Source: an uncultured Gammaproteobacteria bacterium (lineage in GTDB: Bacteria > Patescibacteriota > Patescibacteriia > UBA9934 > GWF2-40-263). From it: DNA of 25,939 nt. The stretch's first letter is position 1. The number at the start of each line of letters is the position of its first letter. Both the position numbers and the translations under genes were made by a program. Under the pieces are notes generated by a model. The model was not told the origin of the DNA and did no database searches. It saw only the letters and a program-made list of their open reading frames with translations. The DNA is taken from NCBI GenBank assembly GCA_964365355.1, contig CAYIPP010000001.1, positions 1-25,939 of the forward strand, given 5' to 3'. Positions 1 through 7,526 of this stretch are shown here, piece after piece.

Positions 1-329
1 TGCTCTCCGGAGAGGAGCAAGTCCCAACGCCAGAACTTGGCATGGACGCGCTTGATCGCCGCCGCGTGCGCCTCGAAGGTCTGGATCATGCCATTGTGTC
101 CTTCGCCGAAGCGGATGCGGAGCGAGCGGTAGGCGTCCTTGCCCTTGGGCCAGGCCGGAGCGGTCGGTTCGAGTCGTTCACAGACTTCGTCGATGTTCGG
201 AATGTACGGGTGTGTACCCAATGCTTTCCACACATCGTTTTGTTGACGCAGCACGATAAGAGTCTCCTCGACCGTCTGCTCGAACTGCTGACGCAGAAAT
301 ACGTTCGACATTTCACACCTCGAAGCCAT
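1..329 (-). CDS. Hypothetical protein, 5' part only (runs off left edge; missing from the ORF track because no stop lies in the window)
   Basis: Hand translation of the reverse strand from ATG at 329 gives 109 open codons: MASRCEMSNVFLRQQFEQTVEETLIVLRQQNDVWKALGTHPYIPNIDEVCERLEPTAPAWPKGKDAYRSLRIRFGEGHNGMIQTFEAHAAAIKRVHAKFWRWDLLLSGE. Third positions are strongly G/C-biased, an in-frame TAG lies just upstream, and a TTGACA-17-TATATT promoter points at it. Confidence 0.7.
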   Translation of the reverse strand, partial: MASRCEMSNVFLRQQFEQTVEETLIVLRQQNDVWKALGTHPYIPNIDEVCERLEPTAPAWPKGKDAYRSLRIRFGEGHNGMIQTFEAHAAAIKRVHAKFWRWDLLLSGE

Positions 330-384
330 CTCTGACTAACCCATAAGAACGCACCGTGCGCCTCATGAACCTTGCCTTTTGTTT

Positions 385-437
385 GTGGAGAATGGCGTTC
401 TAAAACCTAAATTAAGCTTCAAAACGCCATTCTTCAC
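385..437. repeat. 15-bp inverted repeat with 23-nt spacer, in the predicted leader of the leftward gene
   Basis: GTGGAGAATGGCGTT (385-399) / AACGCCATTCTTCAC (423-437), 14/15 complementary. Confidence 0.75.
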
Positions 438-455
438 TCATGCAATGAGGAAACA

Positions 456-484
456 AATATAGGACAATTTTGGTTATTTGTCAA
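456..484 (-). promoter_or_regulatory. sigma70 promoter for the leftward hypothetical gene
   Basis: Minus strand TTGACA (484-479), 17-nt spacer, TATATT (461-456). Confidence 0.65.
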
Positions 485-541
485 ACAATTCCCCCCAATA
501 AACCCAACCAATCCGACTCAAAAGCGGCCAATCTTGAATCT

Positions 542-570
542 TTCAAAACTCCTTTAAAGATCACTATAAT
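542..570 (+). promoter_or_regulatory. Possible sigma70 promoter upstream of the long palindrome
   Basis: TTCAAA (542-547), 17-nt spacer, perfect TATAAT (565-570). Confidence 0.4.
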
Positions 571-586
571 CTTGGTAAAAGATGTT

Positions 587-641
587 GGGTCAGATCCGAC
601 TATCGACTTTTTGAAAAAAAGTCGATAGTCGGATCTGACCC
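587..641. repeat. Perfect 26-bp-arm palindrome (hairpin/cruciform, REP-like)
   Basis: GGGTCAGATCCGACTATCGACTTTTT (587-612), loop GAA, AAAAAGTCGATAGTCGGATCTGACCC (616-641). Confidence 0.9.
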
Positions 642-768
642 CACTGCAATACTCATTGGTAAACGCTCATTCCCGACAAAGTCGGATGCTGCACAATGAC
701 AGAATGAATAGGAGTTTTGCAACGGTCTCATCTCAAATTGCGCCCACCGCATCAAGCAAACCATACCC

Positions 769-797
769 TTGTGTTATACCCTATGGGGGTATATACT
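769..797 (+). promoter_or_regulatory. sigma70 promoter of the copper operon
   Basis: TTGTGT (769-774), 17-nt spacer, TATACT (792-797), 13 nt before the csoR ATG at 811. The spacer is occupied by the CsoR operator. Confidence 0.7.
775..793. promoter_or_regulatory. CsoR operator
   Basis: TATACCC-TATGG-GGGTATA, an inverted repeat with C/G tracts that closely resembles the Bacillus-type CsoR box (TACCCTACGGGGGTA). It lies directly upstream of csoR between -35 and -10. An extra half-site ATACCC is at 763-768. Confidence 0.85.
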
Positions 798-810
798 TTG
801 CACAAAGACT

Positions 811-1077
811 ATGCAAAATAAAAAAGTAAAAAGCATTCTTCGGCGCCTCAGCATCGCAGAAGGACAAATTCGCGGGTTGCGTGAAATGATCTCATCAGGC
901 GCCTACTGTATCGACGTCATCACCCAGACGTCAGCAGTCAAGCAGGCGCTTTCGAGCGTGGAAGATCTGTTGTTGGAAAGTCACCTAAGCACCTGCGCCA
1001 TCAATCAGATCAAGAAGGGCTGTGAAGACAAGGCAGTCGAGGAAATCATCAAGGTCTACAAGCTCAAGCGTCGATAA
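811..1077 (+). CDS. csoR: Copper-sensing transcriptional repressor, CsoR/RcnR family (88 aa; start at 811, not 769)
   Basis: RRLSIAEGQIRGLREMI...YCIDVITQTSAVKQAL...HLSTC. It has the Cu(I) ligand pattern C33/H58/C62 and second-shell Y32/E78, and it heads an operon with copZ/copA. Confidence 0.92.
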   Translation: MQNKKVKSILRRLSIAEGQIRGLREMISSGAYCIDVITQTSAVKQALSSVEDLLLESHLSTCAINQIKKGCEDKAVEEIIKVYKLKRR

Positions 1078-1079
1078 CT

Positions 1080-1478
1080 ATGGGATTCACGGCTCTCATT
1101 GGACGTCTACTCTTCATTCCTGTCGCGCTCAGCGGCGTTTGTTTAAGTCTGCTGTTTGGTGTTCCGATGGCCGGGGCAATGGAACCACAAGAACATATGG
1201 TGACCATCGAGGACTCTGACGGTCATTCAATGCATATGACTGAAACCTCTGCCGATACACAACAGCCAGAATGCTGCGCCACTGTTCGGATGGAGCACGA
1301 TACGAATGCAACTACACCAGGCAATAGCAAGACTCCGAATATGTTTGTTGTTGTGGATCTGTCACGCGAGATATGCTCGTGGGTCATCGTCCATGTACCG
1401 CTTGGGATAAAGTCGTTGAGTCACCAACCGCCTCACCCGCAATTTTCTCTCATAGGAACAACCATCAAACGCGAATAA
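1080..1478 (+). CDS. Small secreted/membrane His-Met-Cys-rich protein (DUF2946-like architecture)
   Basis: Hydrophobic N-terminus ending in AGA, followed by EHM...GHSMHM, PECC...MEHD and C-terminal HQPPHP. It starts 2 nt after the csoR stop. Confidence 0.6.
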   Translation: MGFTALIGRLLFIPVALSGVCLSLLFGVPMAGAMEPQEHMVTIEDSDGHSMHMTETSADTQQPECCATVRMEHDTNATTPGNSKTPNMFVVVDLSREICSWVIVHVPLGIKSLSHQPPHPQFSLIGTTIKRE

Positions 1479-1524
1479 CAAACGGTAAGAATTAAGACAC
1501 TCTTCATTTTTTTCGTTTATTTTT

Positions 1525-2859
1525 ATGCATCAAAAAATTGTTCCAATCCGCGGCATGCACTGTCGCTCATGTGAACTGCTCCTTAAGGACGCCATCGGTG
1601 GCATTCAAGGGGTTACAAAAGTCAAAGTAGATTTCCGTAAGGGTCAAGCAACCATTGAACACGGCACAGATATTCCGAGCCAGAATGAAATCATCAACGC
1701 AGTGAAACAAGCCGGCTACGAAGTCGGCGAACCGGGAAAACTTCCTTGGATCACCAAAAATGGCACGGATTGGAAGTACATCATCCTTGGCGTTGGCCTC
1801 GTTACTCTTCTTTATCACGCCCTGCGCGGTACCGGTATTTTGGATTTCTCCTTGGATGAAAAAGAAGTTACGACCGGCTTTGCCGTGCTGCTCGGCCTTG
1901 TCGCTGGCGTTTCCACCTGCATGGCGCTCGTCGGTGGACTGATTCTCGGCATTGCCGCCAGACACGCGGAACTACACCCGGAAGCCACGGCCTGGGAAAA
2001 ATTTCGACCGCACTTGTTTTTCAACACGGGCCGTGTGCTTGGTTACGCGTTTCTTGGCGGACTTCTTGGCGCTCTTGGCGGATTTCTTCAAATCTCGGGA
2101 GGAGTTCTCACCCTGCTCACCCTCGCTGTCGGTGCCGTGATGGTTATTCTTGGCATCAAACTCACAAATCTCTCACCGCGTATTTCCGGAACATCGTTCA
2201 CGCTCCCCTCATCTATTGCCCGCTTTTTCGGCCTTTCCGAACATCAAAAGGAATACAGCCATAAAGCAGCGATGCTCACCGGCGTTCTGACGTTCTTCCT
2301 GCCATGCGGATTCACCCAAGCCATGCAGCTCTATGCAATTAGCACCGGAGACTTTGCAAGCGGCGCGATTGTTATGGGAGCCTTCGCCCTTGGCACAGCC
2401 CCTGCGCTTCTTGGGATCGGTGGTCTATCCTCGATCATGAAAGGGACGGTTGCCCGCATTTTCTACGCTGTGATCGGCATACTCGTTATTGCCTTCGGCG
2501 TTTACAACATCCAAAGTGCGATGGTTGTCCTATCAGTTTCTTCTGGCGGAAAGGAGATTAACTACACGCCAATGAGCCAAAAAACGGATACACGAACTGT
2601 CCAGGTTATCAAAATGACGCAGTCTGCATCCGGGTATTCACCGAAAACTCTACGCGTCCAAGCCGGCGTTCCTGTCCGTTGGATTATCACCTCCGAGTCC
2701 TCGTTTACTTGCGCCTCAAGTATCGTCGTGCCATCGCTTGGTATCCGCACAAACTTGAAAAAAGGCGAAAACGTCATTGAGTTCATCCCAACGGAAAAAG
2801 GATCCATTCCGTATTCGTGTTCCATGGGCATGTATCGTGGCACCATCCTTGTCGAATAA
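1525..2859 (+). CDS. HMA + DsbD_2/CcdA-like (often labelled sulfite exporter TauE/SafE) + cupredoxin fusion membrane protein
   Basis: N-terminal GMHCRSC HMA domain. About 7 TM helices with two membrane Cys (STCMALVGG, FLPCGFTQ). C-terminal cupredoxin-like domain (GYSPKTLRVQAGVPVRW, TCASSIVVP, YSCSMGMYRG). Confidence 0.85.
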   Translation: MHQKIVPIRGMHCRSCELLLKDAIGGIQGVTKVKVDFRKGQATIEHGTDIPSQNEIINAVKQAGYEVGEPGKLPWITKNGTDWKYIILGVGLVTLLYHALRGTGILDFSLDEKEVTTGFAVLLGLVAGVSTCMALVGGLILGIAARHAELHPEATAWEKFRPHLFFNTGRVLGYAFLGGLLGALGGFLQISGGVLTLLTLAVGAVMVILGIKLTNLSPRISGTSFTLPSSIARFFGLSEHQKEYSHKAAMLTGVLTFFLPCGFTQAMQLYAISTGDFASGAIVMGAFALGTAPALLGIGGLSSIMKGTVARIFYAVIGILVIAFGVYNIQSAMVVLSVSSGGKEINYTPMSQKTDTRTVQVIKMTQSASGYSPKTLRVQAGVPVRWIITSESSFTCASSIVVPSLGIRTNLKKGENVIEFIPTEKGSIPYSCSMGMYRGTILVE

Positions 2860-2863
2860 TCCT

Positions 2864-3070
2864 ATGTCTGAACTTTTTTTTACGATTACCAACCTGACCT
2901 GCGACGCCTGCGTTAAACTGTCGACAATGGCGCTTCACAAACTGCCGGGAGTGAAGGACGCGACTATCGAACTCTCGACCGGCTCCGCTCGCGTGACTTC
3001 GGAGGAACCATTAAATCCAGATGACGTGGCACAAGCGCTAAAAGCCAAGGGCTATAACGCCACATTTTAA
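2864..3070 (+). CDS. copZ: Copper chaperone, single HMA domain (68 aa; start at 2864)
   Basis: [19 protein letters not shown]...[18 protein letters not shown]...GY, a CxxC HMA fold immediately upstream of copA. Confidence 0.85.
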   Translation: MSELFFTITNLTCDACVKLSTMALHKLPGVKDATIELSTGSARVTSEEPLNPDDVAQALKAKGYNATF

Positions 3071-3080
3071 TCCTCCCATT

Positions 3081-5966
3081 ATGGAAAAAACATATCACGT
3101 TTCCGGGATGCATTGTGCATCTTGTGAGACGCTTATCAACGAGGAAGTCAAAGAAATTCCCGGTGTCACACATGTTGCAACAAGCGCTCATGATGGCATT
3201 TGTCGGGTATCAATGGACGAATCTGTGTCCGATGACGCAGTGATCGCCGCCATAAAAACTGCCGGATACGACGCCGTCGCAGACACACCGTTGCCCCAAG
3301 TAAGCGCGACCGATTCGGTTGAGTCACCAATCGCGCTTATGGAGCATGATGGCGACCGAGTGAGCTTTCGTTACCTCACAGAAACACGAGGAGAAGGAAC
3401 CGTCGATATCCAAGAAGACGGTCGCCCGAAGTTTCACGGAGCAATCGTGAAGCAGAAGAGCGGAACGTTGGAGTTTCCAGCAGGAATTAGGCAGGATGCT
3501 CAAAAAATCGCCGGGTTTTTTGAATCGCTCATCCACGAGCGAACGATAGCGCAAAACAGTTTACCTACTCGGACGGCCACTACTCCGCTTGTACATGTCG
3601 CAGAAACGGACGATGTAAAAAAGACGACATTACGGCTTTCAGGTATGCACTGCACATCGTGCGCTGGAGTCATCACAAAAAGCATCAAAAAACTTCCTGG
3701 TGTCACAGACGCCCAGGTGAGCTTCGCAACAGAAAAAGCTCGCGTCACCTTTGATCCGCGACAGACGAATGAGACGGCGATTATCGCGCAAGTGAAAAAA
3801 GCCGGGTATCGAGCCGAGGTTGCGGGTGCGGCAAATCCGGACGAAGATCGCGCTCGCCGTCAAGAGGAAATTCATTCTTACTGGCGCAAGTTCATCACCG
3901 GAGCCGTCTTATCACTGCCGATGCTCTACTTCATGTTCCTTGATTTCTTCTCGTTCCTACCAGGCCGCGCGTTCTTGCTGCCTTGGGTCGGCATTGTTTC
4001 GTTCATACTCGCCGCGCCGGTGCAAGTGTTTCTTGGCGCTGGATTCTACAAAGGCCTGTGGTCGAGTTTGCGCATGAAGACGTTCAACATGGACAGTTTG
4101 ATTGCGATTGGCACCAGCGCCGCGTTCATCTACAGCGTCATCAACTTCCTCGTCTACACAATGACGAATAATTCGGTACTTGGCATAGGTGACGAAAAAA
4201 TTCCGGAACTCTACTTTGAAACAGCAGCATTTCTTATCACGTTCGTCCTGCTCGGGAAATGGCTTGAGAGTAAGGCAAAAGGCCAAACGTCCGACGCCGT
4301 GCGCCAGCTTATGGACTTGCAGCCGAAAACCGCACGTGTGTTGCACGACGGCAAGCCATTTGACGTGCCGATCAATGACGTGATTGAGGGGGACATTGTT
4401 CTTGTGCGTCCCGGTGAAAGTATTCCGGTCGATGGTGTGATCGTTAGTGGCGGATCGTCTGTGGATGAATCCATGCTGACAGGTGAAAGTATTCCGGTCG
4501 AGAAGCATGCCGGAGATAAAGTCATTGGCGTGACAGTAAACAAAAATGGAAGTTTTGAGTTCCGTACGACGAATATAGGATCTGAAACTGTTCTCGCGCA
4601 AATCATCCGCCTGGTTGAAGAAGCACAGGGATCGCGCGCGCCGATCCAGGCATTCGCCGACCGTATCTCTGCCCGATTCGTTCCGGCGGTGATTCTGATT
4701 GCCATCGCAACATTCCTTGTCTGGTTCTTCCTGCTTGGCTCCACGCTCAGCTTCGCCCTCATGGCCTTTACAGCTGTGATTGTCATCGCCTGCCCGTGCG
4801 CGCTCGGTCTTGCTACGCCAACGGCAATCATGGTGGCTACAGGTAAGGGTGCTCAAAATGGTATTCTCATTAAAGGCGGTGAACCGCTTGAGGCCGCCTG
4901 CAAAGTGCGAGCGATTATATTTGATAAAACCGGCACGCTCACGAAGGGCAAGCCGGAAGTAACCGACGTGCTCCCCATTGGTTCGCACGATGAGGACGAG
5001 GTGATGGAAATCGCTGCCGGACTTGAGGCTAAGTCTGAACATCCGCTCGCCGACGCAATCTGTCGCTACGCGGAAGAAGAATCCCTGGCCCCTGCACAGA
5101 TCACGAACTTCCAAGCCGTTCCCGGTCATGGTGTACGTGGCGACACTCACGGTACGACGTACTACTTCGGCAATCGCAAGCTCATCGCTACGCTTGGGAT
5201 TGAAACCAACCGTTTAGAGCGAAAGATGCGAAAGCTAGAGGAAGAAGGTAAAACAGCAATGCTTCTTGCGGACGCGAAGGAAGTTCTCGGCATTATCGCC
5301 GTTGCTGATGCCATAAAGGTGACAACACCATCGGCGATCGCTGCGCTTAAACAGATGGGTCTGACTGTCTACATGATAACCGGCGACAATAGGCGCACGG
5401 CGTCGGCCATTGCCAGACAAACAGGCGTTGAGGAGCAGTACGTTCGCGCCGAAGTTCTCCCAGAAGATAAAGCGAACGAAGTCAAAAAAATTCAAACCAC
5501 AGGAGTCAAAGTCGCCATGGTTGGCGATGGGCTAAACGACGCCCCCGCGCTCGCGCAAGCCGATGTTGGTATTGCCATGGGCAGCGGCACGGACGTAGCA
5601 ATGGAAGCGGGAGGTATCGTTCTTATGAAGAGTGATCTACAAGATGTCGTCTCCGCGATCCAACTGAGCCGCGAAACGCTCGGGAAGATCAAGCAAAATC
5701 TCTTCTTCTCATTGTTCTACAACGTCATTGGTATTCCAATTGCCGCTCGCGTATTCATCGGACTCGGAATCGTTCTGCGTCCGGAACTCGCTGGTTTGGC
5801 GATGGCGCTCAGTTCGGTGTCTGTCGTATCCAATTCCGTCTTGCTCAAACGCTTCCGACCAAATCACCGCAACTGGATATCGATGTTCGCACCTGTTGTG
5901 ATGACGAGTGTCTTCACCATCGCGTTCATCCTGCTCGCACGTATAAGTGTCATGGCCGCGGGCTAA
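3081..5966 (+). CDS. copA: Copper(I)-translocating P1B-1 ATPase with two HMA domains
   Basis: GMHCASC and GMHCTSC HMA motifs, TGES, CPC, DKTGT, SEHPLA, TGDN, GDGLND, and YN in TM7 plus MALSS in TM8 (the P1B-1 Cu+ signature). Confidence 0.95.
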   Translation: MEKTYHVSGMHCASCETLINEEVKEIPGVTHVATSAHDGICRVSMDESVSDDAVIAAIKTAGYDAVADTPLPQVSATDSVESPIALMEHDGDRVSFRYLTETRGEGTVDIQEDGRPKFHGAIVKQKSGTLEFPAGIRQDAQKIAGFFESLIHERTIAQNSLPTRTATTPLVHVAETDDVKKTTLRLSGMHCTSCAGVITKSIKKLPGVTDAQVSFATEKARVTFDPRQTNETAIIAQVKKAGYRAEVAGAANPDEDRARRQEEIHSYWRKFITGAVLSLPMLYFMFLDFFSFLPGRAFLLPWVGIVSFILAAPVQVFLGAGFYKGLWSSLRMKTFNMDSLIAIGTSAAFIYSVINFLVYTMTNNSVLGIGDEKIPELYFETAAFLITFVLLGKWLESKAKGQTSDAVRQLMDLQPKTARVLHDGKPFDVPINDVIEGDIVLVRPGESIPVDGVIVSGGSSVDESMLTGESIPVEKHAGDKVIGVTVNKNGSFEFRTTNIGSETVLAQIIRLVEEAQGSRAPIQAFADRISARFVPAVILIAIATFLVWFFLLGSTLSFALMAFTAVIVIACPCALGLATPTAIMVATGKGAQNGILIKGGEPLEAACKVRAIIFDKTGTLTKGKPEVTDVLPIGSHDEDEVMEIAAGLEAKSEHPLADAICRYAEEESLAPAQITNFQAVPGHGVRGDTHGTTYYFGNRKLIATLGIETNRLERKMRKLEEEGKTAMLLADAKEVLGIIAVADAIKVTTPSAIAALKQMGLTVYMITGDNRRTASAIARQTGVEEQYVRAEVLPEDKANEVKKIQTTGVKVAMVGDGLNDAPALAQADVGIAMGSGTDVAMEAGGIVLMKSDLQDVVSAIQLSRETLGKIKQNLFFSLFYNVIGIPIAARVFIGLGIVLRPELAGLAMALSSVSVVSNSVLLKRFRPNHRNWISMFAPVVMTSVFTIAFILLARISVMAAG

Positions 5967-5982
5967 CAGTCTAGAGACTCAG

Positions 5983-6013
5983 AGAAAAAGCAGCCATCGA
6001 GGCTGCTTTTTCT
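5983..6013. terminator. Bidirectional intrinsic terminator between copA and the Met-rich gene
   Basis: AGAAAAA-GCAGCC-ATCGA-GGCTGC-TTTTTCT between convergent stops at 5966 and 6044. Confidence 0.85.
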
Positions 6014-6043
6014 GCATAAAAATCCTATTATTATTGATTCTCA

Positions 6044-6373
6044 CTATTGTCCCATCATCTGCATCATGCTCCCACATCGTCCATTCATTTCTTTACCCTT
6101 GCTTTGCATCATACTTCCGTTTTCATTTAACTCTTGTCCTTGTTGCATCATCTGTTGATCATTATAGGTCTCACCCTTGTCACTCATCATCTGACCTGCA
6201 GACATCATCATGCTCCCCATTTGCATCATCGTGTCACCGTTGTCGCGCATCATGGAAGCGGACGTGCGTATATAGTCCGTGGAAAACGGATTGAATGTGT
6301 TGGCAATCGCATATCCGCCAAATCCGCCGATGATCAAAGCGATCACAACACCAAGAAAAAATTTGTTGTCCAT
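6044..6373 (-). CDS. Membrane-anchored methionine-rich helical protein, putative Cu/Ag-binding
   Basis: One N-terminal TM segment (FFLGVVIALIIGGFGGYAIA). 20 Met in 109 aa, arranged as GxxMMxx heptads. Confidence 0.75.
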   Translation of the reverse strand: MDNKFFLGVVIALIIGGFGGYAIANTFNPFSTDYIRTSASMMRDNGDTMMQMGSMMMSAGQMMSDKGETYNDQQMMQQGQELNENGSMMQSKGKEMNGRCGSMMQMMGQ

Positions 6374-6383
6374 ATGTTTATTC

Positions 6384-6671
6384 TTATTTCCCTTTACAGC
6401 AGCCCTTATGAAACGCGTGAAAAATCATTGATCCAGCAAAGCTGTAAGCGAAGCTCATGATGCCACCCCAAATGATACTTCCGGCGCCGTATCCTTGGAA
6501 TCCTGGAAATAGAAGCTTTAACGACAGTAGATGGTGCGCAAGAACATCTGGACCATACGGATAAATTTTCGGCCAGACAAGGCACAGGATGTACAAAAGA
6601 ACAAAAAACCCGCCAACGCGTAATGCGTGTGACGAAGATGGCATCGTCATATGAGTAAATTTATTGACCAT
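6384..6671 (-). CDS. Small two-TM membrane protein (DUF5676-like) with His pair and C-terminal HKGCC
   Basis: Two hydrophobic segments, internal AHHL and terminal FHAFHKGCCKGK. It ends 10 nt before the Met-rich gene on the same strand, and an extended -10 lies upstream. Confidence 0.65.
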   Translation of the reverse strand: MVNKFTHMTMPSSSHALRVGGFFVLLYILCLVWPKIYPYGPDVLAHHLLSLKLLFPGFQGYGAGSIIWGGIMSFAYSFAGSMIFHAFHKGCCKGK

Positions 6672-6690
6672 AAGCTGGTCGATTAAATAA

Positions 6691-6699
6691 AGTATAGCA
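6691..6699 (-). promoter_or_regulatory. Extended -10 promoter element for the 6671/6373 gene pair
   Basis: Minus strand TGC-TATACT (6699-6691), 19 nt before the ATG at 6671. No good -35 element. Confidence 0.5.
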
Positions 6700-6825
6700 T
6701 TCTTCTATAATTCTCAGCATCAACGTACTGATTCATTTCATTGTTTAAAATATTCTCTTGCCCTAAAATACGTTTACCTCCACCATTAATTCCATAAACA
6801 CCAAGTAAAGATTTTAAGCTTATAC

Positions 6826-7524
6826 ATGAACTTTATGTTATACAAACGCTTTATTCACTGGAGTATTTTAGGTATTTTTGTCCTTGCGCTGGCAACGGGG
6901 TGGTATTTCCTTCGTCTGGAACAATCACCAGCCACATCTGTGGATACAACACCTAAACTCCATGCAACGTTCTACCAACAAGCATTGGCGGTTTGGGATG
7001 CAAAGCTCGCAACAGGTCCATTTCGCGAGAACTCATCAACAGCCATTCGACTTACTTGGCAACAACCGGAAGAACTCTACAACCATTTTCTGATTACCAT
7101 CACAGATCCACAAACCGGATGGACACGTACAGAATCTGGTGAACATGATCGTGTGAGTTTGGATGTTACAGATTTACAAGCAGATACGAAGTATGTGTTT
7201 GTTGTGCGCGCATGTCTTAACCCAGACTGTGCAAACTGGATCGTCTCACATGTGGAAACACAAGCGCAGACACCAACAACTCGTTGGCAACTCATGACCA
7301 CCATTGAAGATCAAACTGGTGCACCAGAACGAGAAAATTGGCAAGAAAAAATCCAGTTGAATCAACTAACGCTTCTGGATGAAACAGGCCAGACTCTATC
7401 CGATGAAGAAAAAAACGCATTCGTACTGGAACGAGTCATGGTTGTTGATGATCTATCGATTCAATTTTTAACACTGAGCACACAGGAAGGTACAATCCAA
7501 TACGCACAGTTGATGAATCCCTAA
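6826..7524 (+). CDS. Membrane-anchored protein with fibronectin type III-like domain (start may be 6835)
   Basis: TM segment SILGIFVLALATGWYFL, then an FN3 pattern IRLTWQQP...FLITIT...LDVTDLQADTKYVFVVRAC. The C-terminal ~85 aa are unassigned. Confidence 0.7.
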   Translation: MNFMLYKRFIHWSILGIFVLALATGWYFLRLEQSPATSVDTTPKLHATFYQQALAVWDAKLATGPFRENSSTAIRLTWQQPEELYNHFLITITDPQTGWTRTESGEHDRVSLDVTDLQADTKYVFVVRACLNPDCANWIVSHVETQAQTPTTRWQLMTTIEDQTGAPERENWQEKIQLNQLTLLDETGQTLSDEEKNAFVLERVMVVDDLSIQFLTLSTQEGTIQYAQLMNP

Positions 7525-7526
7525 GA

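Noticed and set aside
42-335. Plus-strand 97-aa ORF and minus-strand 86-316 ORF from the track
   Set aside because: Both are shadows of the open minus-strand frame starting at 329, which has better codon bias and a matching promoter.
769-810. N-terminal extension MCYTLWGY... of csoR
   Set aside because: It runs through the -35, operator and -10. CsoR homology begins after the ATG at 811.
3957-5150. 397-aa antisense ORF (and the 206-aa ORF at 4211-4831) inside copA
   Set aside because: No recognisable motifs. Long antisense frames are expected opposite GC-rich, codon-biased genes.
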